The position numbers and the translations under genes are program-made. Shown piece by piece: positions 63,926-64,000 of a stretch of DNA of 64,000 nucleotides. Under the pieces are notes generated by a model. That model had not been told where the DNA came from. It worked only from the letters and a program-made list of their open reading frames with translations, and searched no databases. The stretch's first letter is position 1, and each line of letters begins with the position of its first letter. Source of the DNA: Lama glama (taxonomy: Eukaryota); assembly GCA_028534125.1 (NCBI GenBank), contig CM052818.1:18292001-18356000 (forward strand), read 5' to 3'.

Positions 63926-64000
63926 TCAGTGAATCTATGTTAAATGTGAAATTCTGCACAATTCTGTCTTAGCCTACATGCTCCAAAAATATGTCTGAGC

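Larger units (their letters stand above)
44575..64000 (+). other. FSHR: FSHR intron 4, 5' part (exon 5 not reached)
   Basis: Starts at GTAAGA. I found no sequence encoding the expected continuation LISNTGIKHLP before the window end. Confidence 0.8.

Overview
Mammalian genomic DNA, not prokaryotic. The window lies inside the follicle-stimulating hormone receptor gene (FSHR) on the + strand. It holds three short leucine-rich-repeat exons that the ORF track misses: exon 2 (4880-4951, 72 nt), exon 3 (41925-41999, 75 nt) and exon 4 (44500-44574, 75 nt). Spliced, they read (L)[73 protein letters not shown](L). The rest is intron: the end of intron 1, a ~37 kb intron 2 with a 500-N gap, a 2.5 kb intron 3 and >19 kb of intron 4. 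The introns carry old eutherian repeats (L2, MIR, L1M, MaLR/MLT1 and MER21-like LTRs, hAT MITEs) plus two younger L1 3' ends. Residue pattern, L1 tail type and the lack of recognisable lineage-specific SINEs suggest a cetartiodactyl, possibly a camelid (inference). None of the listed ORFs looks like a real gene, and I see no new multi-gene system. The best leads are: (1) NAGNAG acceptors on exons 4 and 2 that would each delete one Arg (R101 and R52, human numbering); (2) a candidate 70-nt poison exon or recursive splice site in mid intron 2; (3) a 42-nt 5S rRNA 5' fragment joined directly and divergently to a young L1 3' end; (4) a young L1 nested in an old L1 with a visible 16-bp target-site duplication. 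Repeat family names come from recalled consensus sequences and their boundaries are approximate.
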